A stretch of 64,000 nt of DNA from the NCBI GenBank assembly GCA_002305995.1, contig DBRN01000011.1:93628-157627 (forward strand), given 5' to 3'. Position 1 is the stretch's first letter, and each line of letters starts with the position of its first letter. The notes below the pieces were generated by a model that saw only the letters and a list, made by a program, of their open reading frames with translations, ran no database searches and was not told the origin of the DNA. The position numbers and the translations under genes were made by a program. This DNA is from Atopobiaceae bacterium UBA1367. Its GTDB lineage: Bacteria > Actinomycetota > Coriobacteriia > Coriobacteriales > Atopobiaceae. Below are positions 37,926 through 47,131 of the stretch, one piece after another.

Positions 37926-38783
37926 CTAGAGCGTAAGGGCCAGCCCGGGGCGAAGGGCTCCCACGCGCCCGGGCAGCTCCCGTGCCAGCAGCTCGACCGC
38001 GCGCCCGCCGGTGCAGTGGCCGGTGTGGACATGGCCGATGCCAACGGCGCGGATGGCCTCGACCACCTGCAGGATGTCGCCGTCTGCCGAACGCATGAGG
38101 TGCAGCCCTCCCACGTAGGCGGCGATGCGCGCCCCGGGGAAGGCCGCGCGCACCTCGCTCGCGATGGTCGGCAGGCCCGCATGCGAGCAGCTGCTGAAGA
38201 CGGCAAGCTCGGGCGTGCCGCCTGGCTCGCGGGCACTCAGCTCGAAGACGAGGCTCGTCTCGTGGGCAAAGCCGTCGGGAAGCCATGCGCCGCCCTCGTG
38301 CAGAAACATGCCGGCACGCTCGCCCAGCTCGGTGAGTCCGCCTGTGGCGTGTGGCACGAGATGCACGCCCGGCGCGATGGTGGTCGTGCCGTCTGGGGAG
38401 GCGGGGGAGAGCCTCTCGGCATACTGCGCCAGCAACCCCGGTCTGATGCCAATGTAGTGCGGCGGCTCGGTACCACCCTTGCTCGACCAGCAGTTCTCAG
38501 CGCAGGCCTCGCTCAGGTGCAGCGGTGCCCGGCCGTTGCGGGCGAAGAAGGCCGCCATCCCGTTTGCGTGATCGTGGTGTGCGTGCGAGAGCACGGCGTG
38601 GTCCACGGTGGCGAGGTCTATCCCGAGGACCTCCGCATTGTGTGCGAAGGCGTCCGACTGCCCGAAGTCCAGCAGCAGGCGCAGCTGCCCATAGCGCACG
38701 TGCACCGACAGGCCGTGCTCGCTGCGAAGGCCCTCGGCTGGCGTGTTCTCCACCAGGACGGTTGCGGTGAGCCGGCTCCCCAT
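37926..38783 (-). CDS. MBL-fold metallo-hydrolase
   Basis: HAHHDHANG (HxHxDH) motif and an N-terminus typical of MBL-fold proteins (VLVENT...GLSVHV). Confidence 0.85.
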   Translation of the reverse strand: MGSRLTATVLVENTPAEGLRSEHGLSVHVRYGQLRLLLDFGQSDAFAHNAEVLGIDLATVDHAVLSHAHHDHANGMAAFFARNGRAPLHLSEACAENCWSSKGGTEPPHYIGIRPGLLAQYAERLSPASPDGTTTIAPGVHLVPHATGGLTELGERAGMFLHEGGAWLPDGFAHETSLVFELSAREPGGTPELAVFSSCSHAGLPTIASEVRAAFPGARIAAYVGGLHLMRSADGDILQVVEAIRAVGIGHVHTGHCTGGRAVELLARELPGRVGALRPGLALTL

Positions 38784-38785
38784 GG

Positions 38786-39034
38786 CTAACGCCTCAGCCC
38801 ATACATGCGTGCGAGCGTGGGCACGATCTCGTCCAGCACCGCTCGATCAATGCTCGCCACCGTAGGCACCCGGCTCAGCGAGCTCACTGACGACGGGCCA
38901 TCGATTCTGGTGTTGTCTCCCACAGTGAAGATGATGAGAGCATCCTTGTCGTCGCAGAGGTCAAAAGGGGCTATGCGGAACCTTCCAGCCCGTGTCTGGA
39001 ACCAACGCTGATGGGTTGCGCGAAGCCCGTGGGC
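38786..39034 (-). pseudogene. possible C-terminal remnant of an alkaline-phosphatase-superfamily gene
   Basis: Start-less minus-strand frame reads ..APFDLCDDKDALIIFTVGDNTRIDGP...ASIDRAVLDEIVPTLARMYGLRR*. It resembles the ..LIIFTSDHG.. / ..DIAPTIL.L.GL tail of sulfatase or phosphomutase-type enzymes and is bounded by an upstream in-frame stop. Confidence 0.3.
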
Positions 39035-39140
39035 TCAGGATAGCAGATGGTGCGGCGTGCCTGGCTTGGCACCTGAGAGCCCCTGTCAGGCATGCGTTTG
39101 GTCTTGTCACGCCACGGGCCCCAGGCTTCGATGGCCCGCA

Positions 39141-40076
39141 TCAGCCTGATGCCGTCTCCTGGGGCTGCGTCTCGGCAGCCTGCCGCGTGACCAGCGCGAT
39201 AGTGGCCACCATGAGCGCAAGGCCGACCCAGTCGGCCCACGAGAAGGCCGTGTGCAGCGTGAGGGCCGTGAGCACGGTGGCGCTCACCGGCTCGGCGGCA
39301 CCAAGCATGTTGCCCCGCACCGGCCCCACGACGGAGACGCCGTGCAGGAAGAGGCCGTAGGCCCCAAAGGTGCCAACAAGCGCGGCTGCCCACAGCACCA
39401 GCCAGCAGTCGAGGCCGAGTGCGGGGAAGCCGACCTGCGCGCCCCGCGTGACGCCCCAGAGCATGAGGCCGCAGACCCCTGCCGCCGCCATGCCGACGCC
39501 CGTGGTGGCAAAGCTGCCCCAGCGCTCGAAGAGCGGCTTGGGATAGGTGGTGTAGAAGACCGACGCAGCTGCCGTCGCAATGCCCAGGAGCAGGCCTGGC
39601 AGGGGGAGGTGCAGCGCGCCGGGGTTGCCCCCCGTCGCGATGAGGAAGGTGGCCAGCGCCGCGCAGACGAGGGCGCCCACCTCGAGGCGACGGGGCAGGC
39701 GCCGCTCCAGCGCGCAAGCCAGGGCCAGCACCATGGGGACGTTCAGGCTCTGCAGCACCGTGGCGGTGCCGGCATTGGTGTAGGAGATGGTGGCGGCGTA
39801 GAGCACGGAGTTGAGGAAGAGGCCGGCCGTGCCAAAGACGAGCAGCCTGCGACGGGTGTCCCGGTCGGCAGCCATGGCGTGCAGCTGCGGGCGGTCGCGC
39901 AGGAGCAGCACGGACAGGAACATGACGCCGGCGCCTGTCTGCCGCAGCGACGTGAGCAGCAGCGAGTCGATGGTGGAGTGCGTGAGCAGGTACTGCACGC
40001 AGGTGCCCGACGTGCCCCAGGCGATGGCACCGGCGAGCGTGGAGAGCACGCCCTCGACCAGCTTGCCCCTCTCCAT
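39141..40076 (-). CDS. EamA/DMT-family transporter
   Basis: About 311 aa with 10 hydrophobic segments and two EamA-like halves. The start was chosen at MERGKLVEGV; M27 at 40106 is also possible. Confidence 0.78.
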   Translation of the reverse strand: MERGKLVEGVLSTLAGAIAWGTSGTCVQYLLTHSTIDSLLLTSLRQTGAGVMFLSVLLLRDRPQLHAMAADRDTRRRLLVFGTAGLFLNSVLYAATISYTNAGTATVLQSLNVPMVLALACALERRLPRRLEVGALVCAALATFLIATGGNPGALHLPLPGLLLGIATAAASVFYTTYPKPLFERWGSFATTGVGMAAAGVCGLMLWGVTRGAQVGFPALGLDCWLVLWAAALVGTFGAYGLFLHGVSVVGPVRGNMLGAAEPVSATVLTALTLHTAFSWADWVGLALMVATIALVTRQAAETQPQETASG

Positions 40077-40261
40077 AGGAACCCCCCATCCGTCACAGGC
40101 GACCATGATAGTCGTTGCCTGGCAGAAAGCACAAGCGACGGCACCGCGTGCCCGTCTCACGCCACATCCCGTGCGAGTGGCCACGCCTGTGGATGCCTGC
40201 GGTCGGGTGACGCGGAAATGCCGTATACCTATCTCATCAGAAAAGTGCGAGGGAGGGCGTC

Positions 40262-41188
40262 ATGGCGCAGCAGTATCTGGTTCTGGACATCGGCGGCACG
40301 TTCATCAAGTACGCGATCATGGACGTCGAGGCGCACGTCATCGCCCAGGGCAAGGTCCCGGCGGTGACGGATGGCGAGGAGGGCACGCTCAGGGCCCTGG
40401 CCGACGTGCGCGATGCCGTGGCAGACCACGACTATGGGGACGTGGCCATCTCCATGCCCGGACGCATCGACACGGCTCGCGGCTGGGCGCACACGGGCGG
40501 CGCCTTCACGTGGCTCAACGAGTATCCTGCGGCCGAGCGCTACGGCGCGGTGTTCGGCAAGCCCTGCACGATAGCCAACGACGGCAAGTGCGCGGCGCTG
40601 GCCGAGAGCTGGACGGGCGCCTTGGCAGACGTGGAGTCGGGCTGCGTCATCGTGCTGGGCACGGGCATCGGTGGCGGCATCGTGCTCAATGGCCAGGTGT
40701 GGATGGGCTGCTCGGGGGGCGCGGGTGAGCTCAGCTGGTTCGGGGCCGACTTCGACGGCTTCCGCGACGCGGAGGGCTTCCCCCATCACATGGCGGACCT
40801 CTGGTGCGGACGCGTCTCCGCAGCGACCATCACCGGAAGGTACGGCGCCCTCAAGGGCCTGCCCAAGGGCGAGGCAGACGGCGTCATGCTCTTTGACGCC
40901 TATGACGCCGGTGAGCCTGAGGCCGTTGAGGTGGTGGAGGAGTATGGTGCGCAGATGGCGGCGGGCATCCTCTCGCTGCAGTGCGTGCTCGACCTGCCGC
41001 GCTATGCCATCGGAGGGGGCATCTCGGCGCGCCCGGTGGTGACCGACATCGTGCGTCAGAAGCTGGACGCCTTCTACGATCGCCATGCCAGGAGCATTCC
41101 GTTCTCCCGTCCCGAGATCGTGACCTGCGCCTTTGGCAATGAGGCCAACCTGATCGGCGCGCTGGCCTTCTGCCTGCGCAACGGGTGA
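40262..41188 (+). CDS. ROK-family sugar kinase-like protein
   Basis: LVLDIGGTFIKYAIMD (ATPase fold, phosphate 1), NDGKCAALAE and LGTGIGGGIVLNG motifs. Confidence 0.82.
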   Translation: MAQQYLVLDIGGTFIKYAIMDVEAHVIAQGKVPAVTDGEEGTLRALADVRDAVADHDYGDVAISMPGRIDTARGWAHTGGAFTWLNEYPAAERYGAVFGKPCTIANDGKCAALAESWTGALADVESGCVIVLGTGIGGGIVLNGQVWMGCSGGAGELSWFGADFDGFRDAEGFPHHMADLWCGRVSAATITGRYGALKGLPKGEADGVMLFDAYDAGEPEAVEVVEEYGAQMAAGILSLQCVLDLPRYAIGGGISARPVVTDIVRQKLDAFYDRHARSIPFSRPEIVTCAFGNEANLIGALAFCLRNG

Positions 41189-41259
41189 CGCAGGGTAGGG
41201 ATACGGAAGCGTCTTCGTCCCGCGCGGCGGCGCACGGGACCTCACGAGAGGAGCGCCAT

Positions 41260-41880
41260 ATGGCCAGCAAGCGGCGCGTGGCGGCAGTCGAGATGATCGC
41301 CCAGGCCAAGGGCCGCCTGTACGACGCCAACTTTGACCCTGCCATCACTGCCGCGCTCGACGAGTGCAAGGACCTCTGCCACGACTACAACAAGATGCGC
41401 CCCACGGCGCGGTTCGAGCGCGGCGCCCTTCTGCGTGCCATCGTGGGCTCCATGGGACGGACGGCCACCATCGTCTCTCCCTTCTGGTGCGACTACGGAA
41501 CCAACATCCACCTGGGAGAGAACTTCTATGCCAACCATGGCCTGGTCATCCTTGACGGCGCGCCCGTGACCTTCGGTGACAACGTCTACATCGCGCCTCA
41601 CTGCGTGATCTCCACGGCGGGCCATCCCATCGACGCGCCACGCCGCAACGAAGGGCTCGAGTATGCCCTGCCCATCACCGTGGGCGATGACGTGTGGCTT
41701 GGCATGGGCGTCATGGTGTGCCCGGGCGTGACCATCGGCAGCAATGTGGTCATCGGTGCAGGCAGCGTGGTGACGCGCGACATCCCCTCGGGGGTGGTGG
41801 CGGTGGGCAACCCCTGCCGCGTGCTGCGCGAGATCGGCGAGGCTGACGTCCTGCGCTACGAGCGCTGGGTGCGGGAGTAG
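41260..41880 (+). CDS. sugar O-acetyltransferase (maltose/galactoside acetyltransferase family)
   Basis: Mac N-terminal region (YDANFDP...C....YN) followed by hexapeptide repeats (VWLGMGVMVCPGVTIGSNVVIGAGSVVTRDIP). The start MASKRR is preceded by GAGAGGAG. Confidence 0.88.
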   Translation: MASKRRVAAVEMIAQAKGRLYDANFDPAITAALDECKDLCHDYNKMRPTARFERGALLRAIVGSMGRTATIVSPFWCDYGTNIHLGENFYANHGLVILDGAPVTFGDNVYIAPHCVISTAGHPIDAPRRNEGLEYALPITVGDDVWLGMGVMVCPGVTIGSNVVIGAGSVVTRDIPSGVVAVGNPCRVLREIGEADVLRYERWVRE

Positions 41881-41905
41881 TCCCGCGACCCCTCGCGTGA
41901 TCGTC

Positions 41906-42802
41906 CTATCCGATCCTGCGGTGCTCGCTCGGGGTCTGTCCGTAACGCTCGCGGAAACGCCTGGTGAAGTAGCTCTGGCTTGAGAACCCGCAGTTGCGAG
42001 CCACCTCACCGATGCTCGCGTCACTGCCCTTGAGCTGCCGCGAGGCCATGAACAGGCGATGGTTGGTGAGGTACTCCATGGGCCTGGCCCCCAGCATCGT
42101 CTGGAACTCGCGCTGTGCCTCGCGCTGGCTCACGCCGCCGGCCCGGGCGATCTGGTCGATGGTGAGCTCCGTGGCATAGTGGTCCTCCACAAAGCTGATC
42201 ATGTTCTTGAGCCGGTCCACGGTGCGGGCATAGGCTCGCGTCTCGGTCTGCTGACGTGGCTTGGGGGCATTGGCCAGGATGAGCAGGGAGGCGCGGGTGA
42301 GCGCCTCGCGCGAGGTGGCCTCGAAGAAGTCGTGCTCGTGGGCAATGTCCTCGAAGGCACGGCCTATGAGCCGCGCCGCCTCCCGCTCCCAGGGCTCGCC
42401 GTCTGCCCTCAGCGCGCAGGACTGGATGGCTCCCGCCTGGGCGAGGTGGCGAAAGTACTTGATCCACAGGGCGGAACCCTCGTCGCCGTACAGCATGCGT
42501 GGATGACACACGAGGTCTCCCTCCCTGGCATCCATGCCGTCGATGGCCTGCTCGGCATGGGGCACCCCTGAGTTCACGAAGGCGGCGTCGCCCGCGCGCA
42601 GCACGTAGCGCTCGCCACCGGCGAGGTAGAGTAGCTCCCCCTCCTGGACGATCACGAACTCGTACTCGTCATGCCAGTGGAAGGGCACCTCGTTCTCGCA
42701 CGGGTCGTTGAAGTAGCAACCGCAGGGAAAGCTGGCCGTCCCGTGGCTGTACAGCTCCACCCCCGACGCATTGACCAAGATGGGGCCGTTGTACGTAATC
42801 AT
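41906..42802 (-). CDS. AraC-family transcriptional regulator (cupin + HTH)
   Basis: N-terminal cupin-like sensor (FHWHDEYEF) and a C-terminal AraC HTH (IARAGGVSQREAQREF...GFSSQSYFTRRFRERYGQTPSEHR). Confidence 0.88.
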   Translation of the reverse strand: MITYNGPILVNASGVELYSHGTASFPCGCYFNDPCENEVPFHWHDEYEFVIVQEGELLYLAGGERYVLRAGDAAFVNSGVPHAEQAIDGMDAREGDLVCHPRMLYGDEGSALWIKYFRHLAQAGAIQSCALRADGEPWEREAARLIGRAFEDIAHEHDFFEATSREALTRASLLILANAPKPRQQTETRAYARTVDRLKNMISFVEDHYATELTIDQIARAGGVSQREAQREFQTMLGARPMEYLTNHRLFMASRQLKGSDASIGEVARNCGFSSQSYFTRRFRERYGQTPSEHRRIG

Positions 42803-43022
42803 GCAAGAACCTCATGGACGATGGCGGAAATGGAGTAATCAGCGCCTCCAGTATGAGGTAAAGGTCGGTTTTGTCGCAGCGAAGGTCGCCGGCGTGCTAG
42901 CAATCCCTCCCCAACGGCACGATGCTTGAGGTGTGGGAGTCTGTCAGACGGGGGACATCCCCCGGACTCCCGTGACACGCGAGCTGGGGGAGCGCCCCCG
43001 TTTCTCCTGAAAGGATCCTATC

Positions 43023-43868
43023 ATGGCAGAGCAGAAGGTCATCCTGTGTGACATCGACGGCACCCTCGTGAGCTACGACAACGTGCTGCCCGAAAGCGCC
43101 GTCCGTGCCATTCGCAGGGCGCGCGAGAACGGCCACAGGTTCTATGCGTGCACCGGGCGCTCTGAGGCCGAGATGCCCGATCACATCATGGGCATCGGCC
43201 TCGACGGCATGATCGGTGGCAACGGCTGCTTCATCAAGAGCGGCGACACGGTGGTGTTCCATCAGCTGATTCCCGCCGACGTCGAGCGGCGCATGGTCGA
43301 TTGGCTCACCGAACGCGGCCTGTGCTTCTACCTCGAGAGCAACAACGGCCTCTTCGCCAGCCCAACCTTCGAGACCGATGCCGTGCCCGCCGCACGCGCC
43401 TACAACGAGGGCAAGGGTCGCGCGTTCACGAGCGTGGCGGGTCTGTTCCATGGCATGGTCTTCGGTCTGCCCCTCGAGGACCTGTATCGTGATGACATCA
43501 ACAAGTGCTCGTTCGTGCTCAGGAGCTACCAGGATCACCTCGACTCCGCCGAAGCCTTCCCCGAGCTCAAGGCAGGCACGTGGGGCGGCGCGGGCGAGCG
43601 GGCGCTCTTCGGCGACCTGGGCGTGCAGGACATCACCAAGGCCTTCGCCGTGAACAGGCTCTGTGAGTTCCTCGGCACCTCGCCCAAGGACTGCATCGCC
43701 TTTGGCGATGCGAACGTCGACATCCCCATGTTCGAGGCCTGCGGTCAGAGCTGCTGCATGGGTGGCGGTGGTGACGGCGCCAAGGCTGCAGCAACCTTTG
43801 TGACCACCGATGTGGAGGACGACGGCCTGCACAACGCGTTCGTGCATTTTGGGCTGATCGAGGGCTAG
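43023..43868 (+). CDS. Cof-type HAD-IIB phosphatase
   Basis: VILCDIDGTLV, CTGRS and AFGDANVDIPMF motifs. Confidence 0.88.
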   Translation: MAEQKVILCDIDGTLVSYDNVLPESAVRAIRRARENGHRFYACTGRSEAEMPDHIMGIGLDGMIGGNGCFIKSGDTVVFHQLIPADVERRMVDWLTERGLCFYLESNNGLFASPTFETDAVPAARAYNEGKGRAFTSVAGLFHGMVFGLPLEDLYRDDINKCSFVLRSYQDHLDSAEAFPELKAGTWGGAGERALFGDLGVQDITKAFAVNRLCEFLGTSPKDCIAFGDANVDIPMFEACGQSCCMGGGGDGAKAAATFVTTDVEDDGLHNAFVHFGLIEG

Positions 43869-44084
43869 GCTCCTTTTCGGCTGTCAGGGCGGGGCCGCCG
43901 TGTGGGACGAGCATCCTGTCCCACGCCAGCGCGAGTGAGGGCTCTCCCGTCCCGTCTCGACCCGTGTCGGCGATGAGGCGTCCACATGGTCAGAGGCGAA
44001 AGGCGCTTTGTCGCGCGTGTGCCACCGACGCACGTGCGCCTTGCCCGGCGCGAGGGCGAGGACGTCTCACGAACTGGGGAGGGT

Positions 44085-45566
44085 ATGGCGATGGCAAGGG
44101 ACAGGACGCTCGTCGAGGTCTTCAGGCGCTGGATCATGGCACAGGTGGTCGCGGGCTATCAGACGGCGGAGACGCACGACGGGCACGTTCGCCTGGAGGG
44201 AGAGGCGCACGTTGGCGAGGTCAACTTCTACGACCTTGGGGGTGGCAGCCCCGAGGTGGTGGAGATGCGCATCACGCGCCGATCCGACGACCAGCACGTG
44301 TTCTTCCTGCATTTCATGATGGATGACCTCATGCGCGCGCAGGAGCTGTTTGGCGAGATGGCCGACGCCCTGCACGAGCGGGCCTCCGACCACAGGACGC
44401 GCGTGCTGCTCTCGTGCACCTGCGGCATCACCACGACCATGTTTGCCTCCAAGATGGGCGAGCTGTCCGAGACGCTGGGGCTGGGCTATGAGGTGCAGGC
44501 GAAGCCGCTTGATGGCGCCCTGCGCGCATCTGATGCCTTCGACGTGGTGATGCTGGCCCCGCAGGTCGCCCATGAGCGCAACCGCATGGCGGAGGCCCAT
44601 CCCCATGCGGTGGTGTTCGAGATACCTGCCCGCATCTTCGGCAGCTATGACGCGGCGGGGGCGGTGCGTCTTCTGGCCAACGCCCTCGATGGGCACAATC
44701 GCGCTGAGGGCGGCTCTGCCGACCCGACGGAGCTGCCGAGCGATCTCGTCTGGCCGGGGCGCATCATGGTGGTGGCGGCCGTCCTGGGCGCGCGCCAGTC
44801 GTCCTTCGAGTACCGGGTGTTCGACAACGGTGAGACCGTGCTGCAGGGGAGGAGCACCAAGCGCAGCTTCGACTTCCGCGACATCGAGGACCTGCTGGCA
44901 GGCGTGCGCCTGCAGGGCGTCGATGTGGGCAGGCTCGACGCCATAGGCATCGCGGTGCCGGGCATCATCGACGAGGACGCGGTCTCGCTGCTGATGAGCG
45001 GTGTGTTCGACTATGACCTGGGAGGACACGTCCAGCAGGCCTATGGGGTGCCGGTGTTTCTCGACAACGATGCCAACGCCGCGGCGGTGGGCTGCTACTC
45101 CACCCAACGGAGGTATGGCAGCATCAGCTATCACCGCGAGAGCTTTGGTCACGGGGGCGGTGGCCAGGGCGTGGTCATCGACGGTCGCCTGCATCGGGGG
45201 CGCAAGAACTTCGTGGGCGAGCTGAACCACCTGACAGACGTCATCAAGGTGTCGGGAAGGCCCGCCGACCTGGCCTGGACCGAGGATGGCATGTACGAGC
45301 TGGTCTCGCGCTGGGTGCTCATCAACGTCGTGCAGAACGCGCCCGATGCCATCTACGTCGACGCCTGGCCCGTGACCGACATGGAGCGCCTGCGCGGCGA
45401 GCTCACGCCCTTCGTGGACGAGAGGTACCTGCCCGACCTGCTCCCTGCGCCCGACTTCACGGAGTGCACGCTGCTCGGCGAGCTGGCTCTGTGCATCCAG
45501 CGCCTGCAGCGGCGAAATCAAGGAAGTTCCCCCGGTTCCCGTGGCACCGTGCCTGGCCTTGCCTGA
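44085..45566 (+). CDS. fusion protein: unknown N-domain + PTS EIIB (cellobiose/lactose-type) domain + ROK-like domain lacking the Zn-Cys motif
   Basis: RVLLSCTCGITTTMFASKM ... VVMLAPQV follows the EIIB(Cel) pattern. The C-terminal half carries ROK motifs (IGIAVPGIID, LDNDANAAAVG, GGGGQGVVIDGRLHRGRKNFVGELNH) but no CxCGxxGC. The start is ATG 44085 or 44091. Confidence 0.7.
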   Translation: MAMARDRTLVEVFRRWIMAQVVAGYQTAETHDGHVRLEGEAHVGEVNFYDLGGGSPEVVEMRITRRSDDQHVFFLHFMMDDLMRAQELFGEMADALHERASDHRTRVLLSCTCGITTTMFASKMGELSETLGLGYEVQAKPLDGALRASDAFDVVMLAPQVAHERNRMAEAHPHAVVFEIPARIFGSYDAAGAVRLLANALDGHNRAEGGSADPTELPSDLVWPGRIMVVAAVLGARQSSFEYRVFDNGETVLQGRSTKRSFDFRDIEDLLAGVRLQGVDVGRLDAIGIAVPGIIDEDAVSLLMSGVFDYDLGGHVQQAYGVPVFLDNDANAAAVGCYSTQRRYGSISYHRESFGHGGGGQGVVIDGRLHRGRKNFVGELNHLTDVIKVSGRPADLAWTEDGMYELVSRWVLINVVQNAPDAIYVDAWPVTDMERLRGELTPFVDERYLPDLLPAPDFTECTLLGELALCIQRLQRRNQGSSPGSRGTVPGLA

Positions 45567-45603
45567 CAATGGGAGCATCGAATGCCCGAAGAAAGGATCT
45601 GCC

Positions 45604-46449
45604 GTGCTTGCTGACTACCATATCCACTGCATGTTCTCCGACGACTCCTGGTATGCACCCGAGAGGGTGGCCGAGGACGCCTTCCGCCTCAACCTCGATG
45701 AGATCTGCTTCACCGATCATGTCGACTACGGCGTGAAGCCCGATGTCGAGGACATCACCTCCGCACGCGTGATGGAGGGTGCCCGCGTGGTGAACGTGGA
45801 CTACGCGGCATACTTCCCTTGCATCGCAGAGCTGCGGGAGCAGTGGGCCGGTCGTCTTGCCATCAGGACCGGCCTGGAGTTTGGCGTGCAGACGCACACC
45901 ATCGACCAGTTCGACGCCTTGTGGGACGCGTGGGGCAGCGAGCTCGACTTCACGCTGCTCTCCATCCATCAGGTGGGCGACGCCGAGTTCTGGACGGGCG
46001 ACTTTCAGCGGGGTCGTACGCAGGACGAGTACAATCACGCCTACTACCAGGAGCTCTATGACGTGACGACCAGCTTCGAGCACTGGAGCGTGCTGGCCCA
46101 CCTCGATCTCATCAAGCGCTATGACCCGGTGGGTGCCCAAGACTTCCCCGCGCATCGCGACCTCATTGCGGCAACGCTCGAGCACGTGATCGCGCAGGGC
46201 AAGGGCATCGAGCTCAACACCTCGAGCTTCCGCTACGGCCTGGTAGACCTGCAGCCGGCGCGTGAGATCCTCTCGCTGTACCGCGATCTGGGCGGCACCA
46301 TCATCACAGTGGGCTCCGACAGCCACGAGCCGTCACACCTGGGCGCCTACCTGCGCCACTGCCAGCATGAGCTGGCGGCCCTGGGCTTCGAGGGCCACTG
46401 CACCTACGATCGCATGGAGCCCACCTTCCACCGCTGGGACTTCGCGTAG
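45604..46449 (+). CDS. PHP-domain phosphatase (HisJ-family histidinol-phosphatase-like)
   Basis: LADYHIHCMFSDDS and FTDHVDYG metal-binding motifs, with GSDSH near the C-terminus. A GTG start is preceded by AAGGA. Confidence 0.8.
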   Translation: MLADYHIHCMFSDDSWYAPERVAEDAFRLNLDEICFTDHVDYGVKPDVEDITSARVMEGARVVNVDYAAYFPCIAELREQWAGRLAIRTGLEFGVQTHTIDQFDALWDAWGSELDFTLLSIHQVGDAEFWTGDFQRGRTQDEYNHAYYQELYDVTTSFEHWSVLAHLDLIKRYDPVGAQDFPAHRDLIAATLEHVIAQGKGIELNTSSFRYGLVDLQPAREILSLYRDLGGTIITVGSDSHEPSHLGAYLRHCQHELAALGFEGHCTYDRMEPTFHRWDFA

Positions 46450-46830
46450 GCCTGTGGCGGCAGGTGGGCCCATGCGGGCGATGCGTTGCCGAACACCTTA
46501 AACGTGAGCGACCGCTCGCTGGTGAACGTCTACCCCTCGCTTGCCTCTACGGCCAAGTCCCCGCCAGCTCTTCGAGGTGATCTTACCTGAGCATGTCTCG
46601 TCGGACGGCATCCGTCCCGCCCACCTGACGAGGTAGCGGAGGTCCCATTCGGCCCACCCTGCCGTCGTTCGCCATCGCTTCCATAGATTGGCATCGTCTC
46701 CGCGCGCTCGGAGGCTGGTGTCCCCGTGCTACGTCGCGCGTCGCTTGAGTGGTGCGGTACGTTATGATGGACTACGGTCGACGGTAGGGCTTGCTCCTTG
46801 GGTCGCGCCTCCGGAAGGAGGTGAGGACCT

Positions 46831-46947
46831 ATGGATGGGCTGATTGAGATTCTCAAGCTCGCGGGCGCTGTCGCAAGCCTCGCAGCTGGTTTCGTCAAGC
46901 TTTTGTCCACGATGAGCGAGTCACGCGGTAACAAGAAGGACCGCTAG
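46831..46947 (+). CDS. 38-aa hydrophobic peptide with a basic tail (type I toxin-like / small membrane protein)
   Basis: GGAAGGAGGTG SD lies 9 nt before the ATG. Product: MDGLIEILKLAGAVASLAAGFVKLLSTMSESRGNKKDR*. The SD can pair with the upstream CCTCC (46808-46821). A terminator hairpin overlaps the stop. The ORF is too short for the ORF track. Confidence 0.45.
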   Translation: MDGLIEILKLAGAVASLAAGFVKLLSTMSESRGNKKDR

Positions 46948-46963
46948 CGCCAACTAGCGGTCC
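46938..46963 (+). terminator. hairpin overlapping the stop codon of the small ORF
   Basis: Perfect 10-bp stem GGACCGCTAG / CTAGCGGTCC with loop CGCCAA, followed by TCTCTC. Confidence 0.5.
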
Positions 46964-47131
46964 TCTCTCAGACAACCGGCGCGGCCCGGTAGCCACAGCG
47001 GGCCTTGCCGTCGACCACATTGTACTCGCCTGCGGTCCTTCCGATCAAGGGCGAGGGCGTCTCCATGCGGCGGACACGTGCACACGCGCGGTACACTTCT
47101 CTGGAGCGTCCACGGCGACAGGGGAGTGTCC

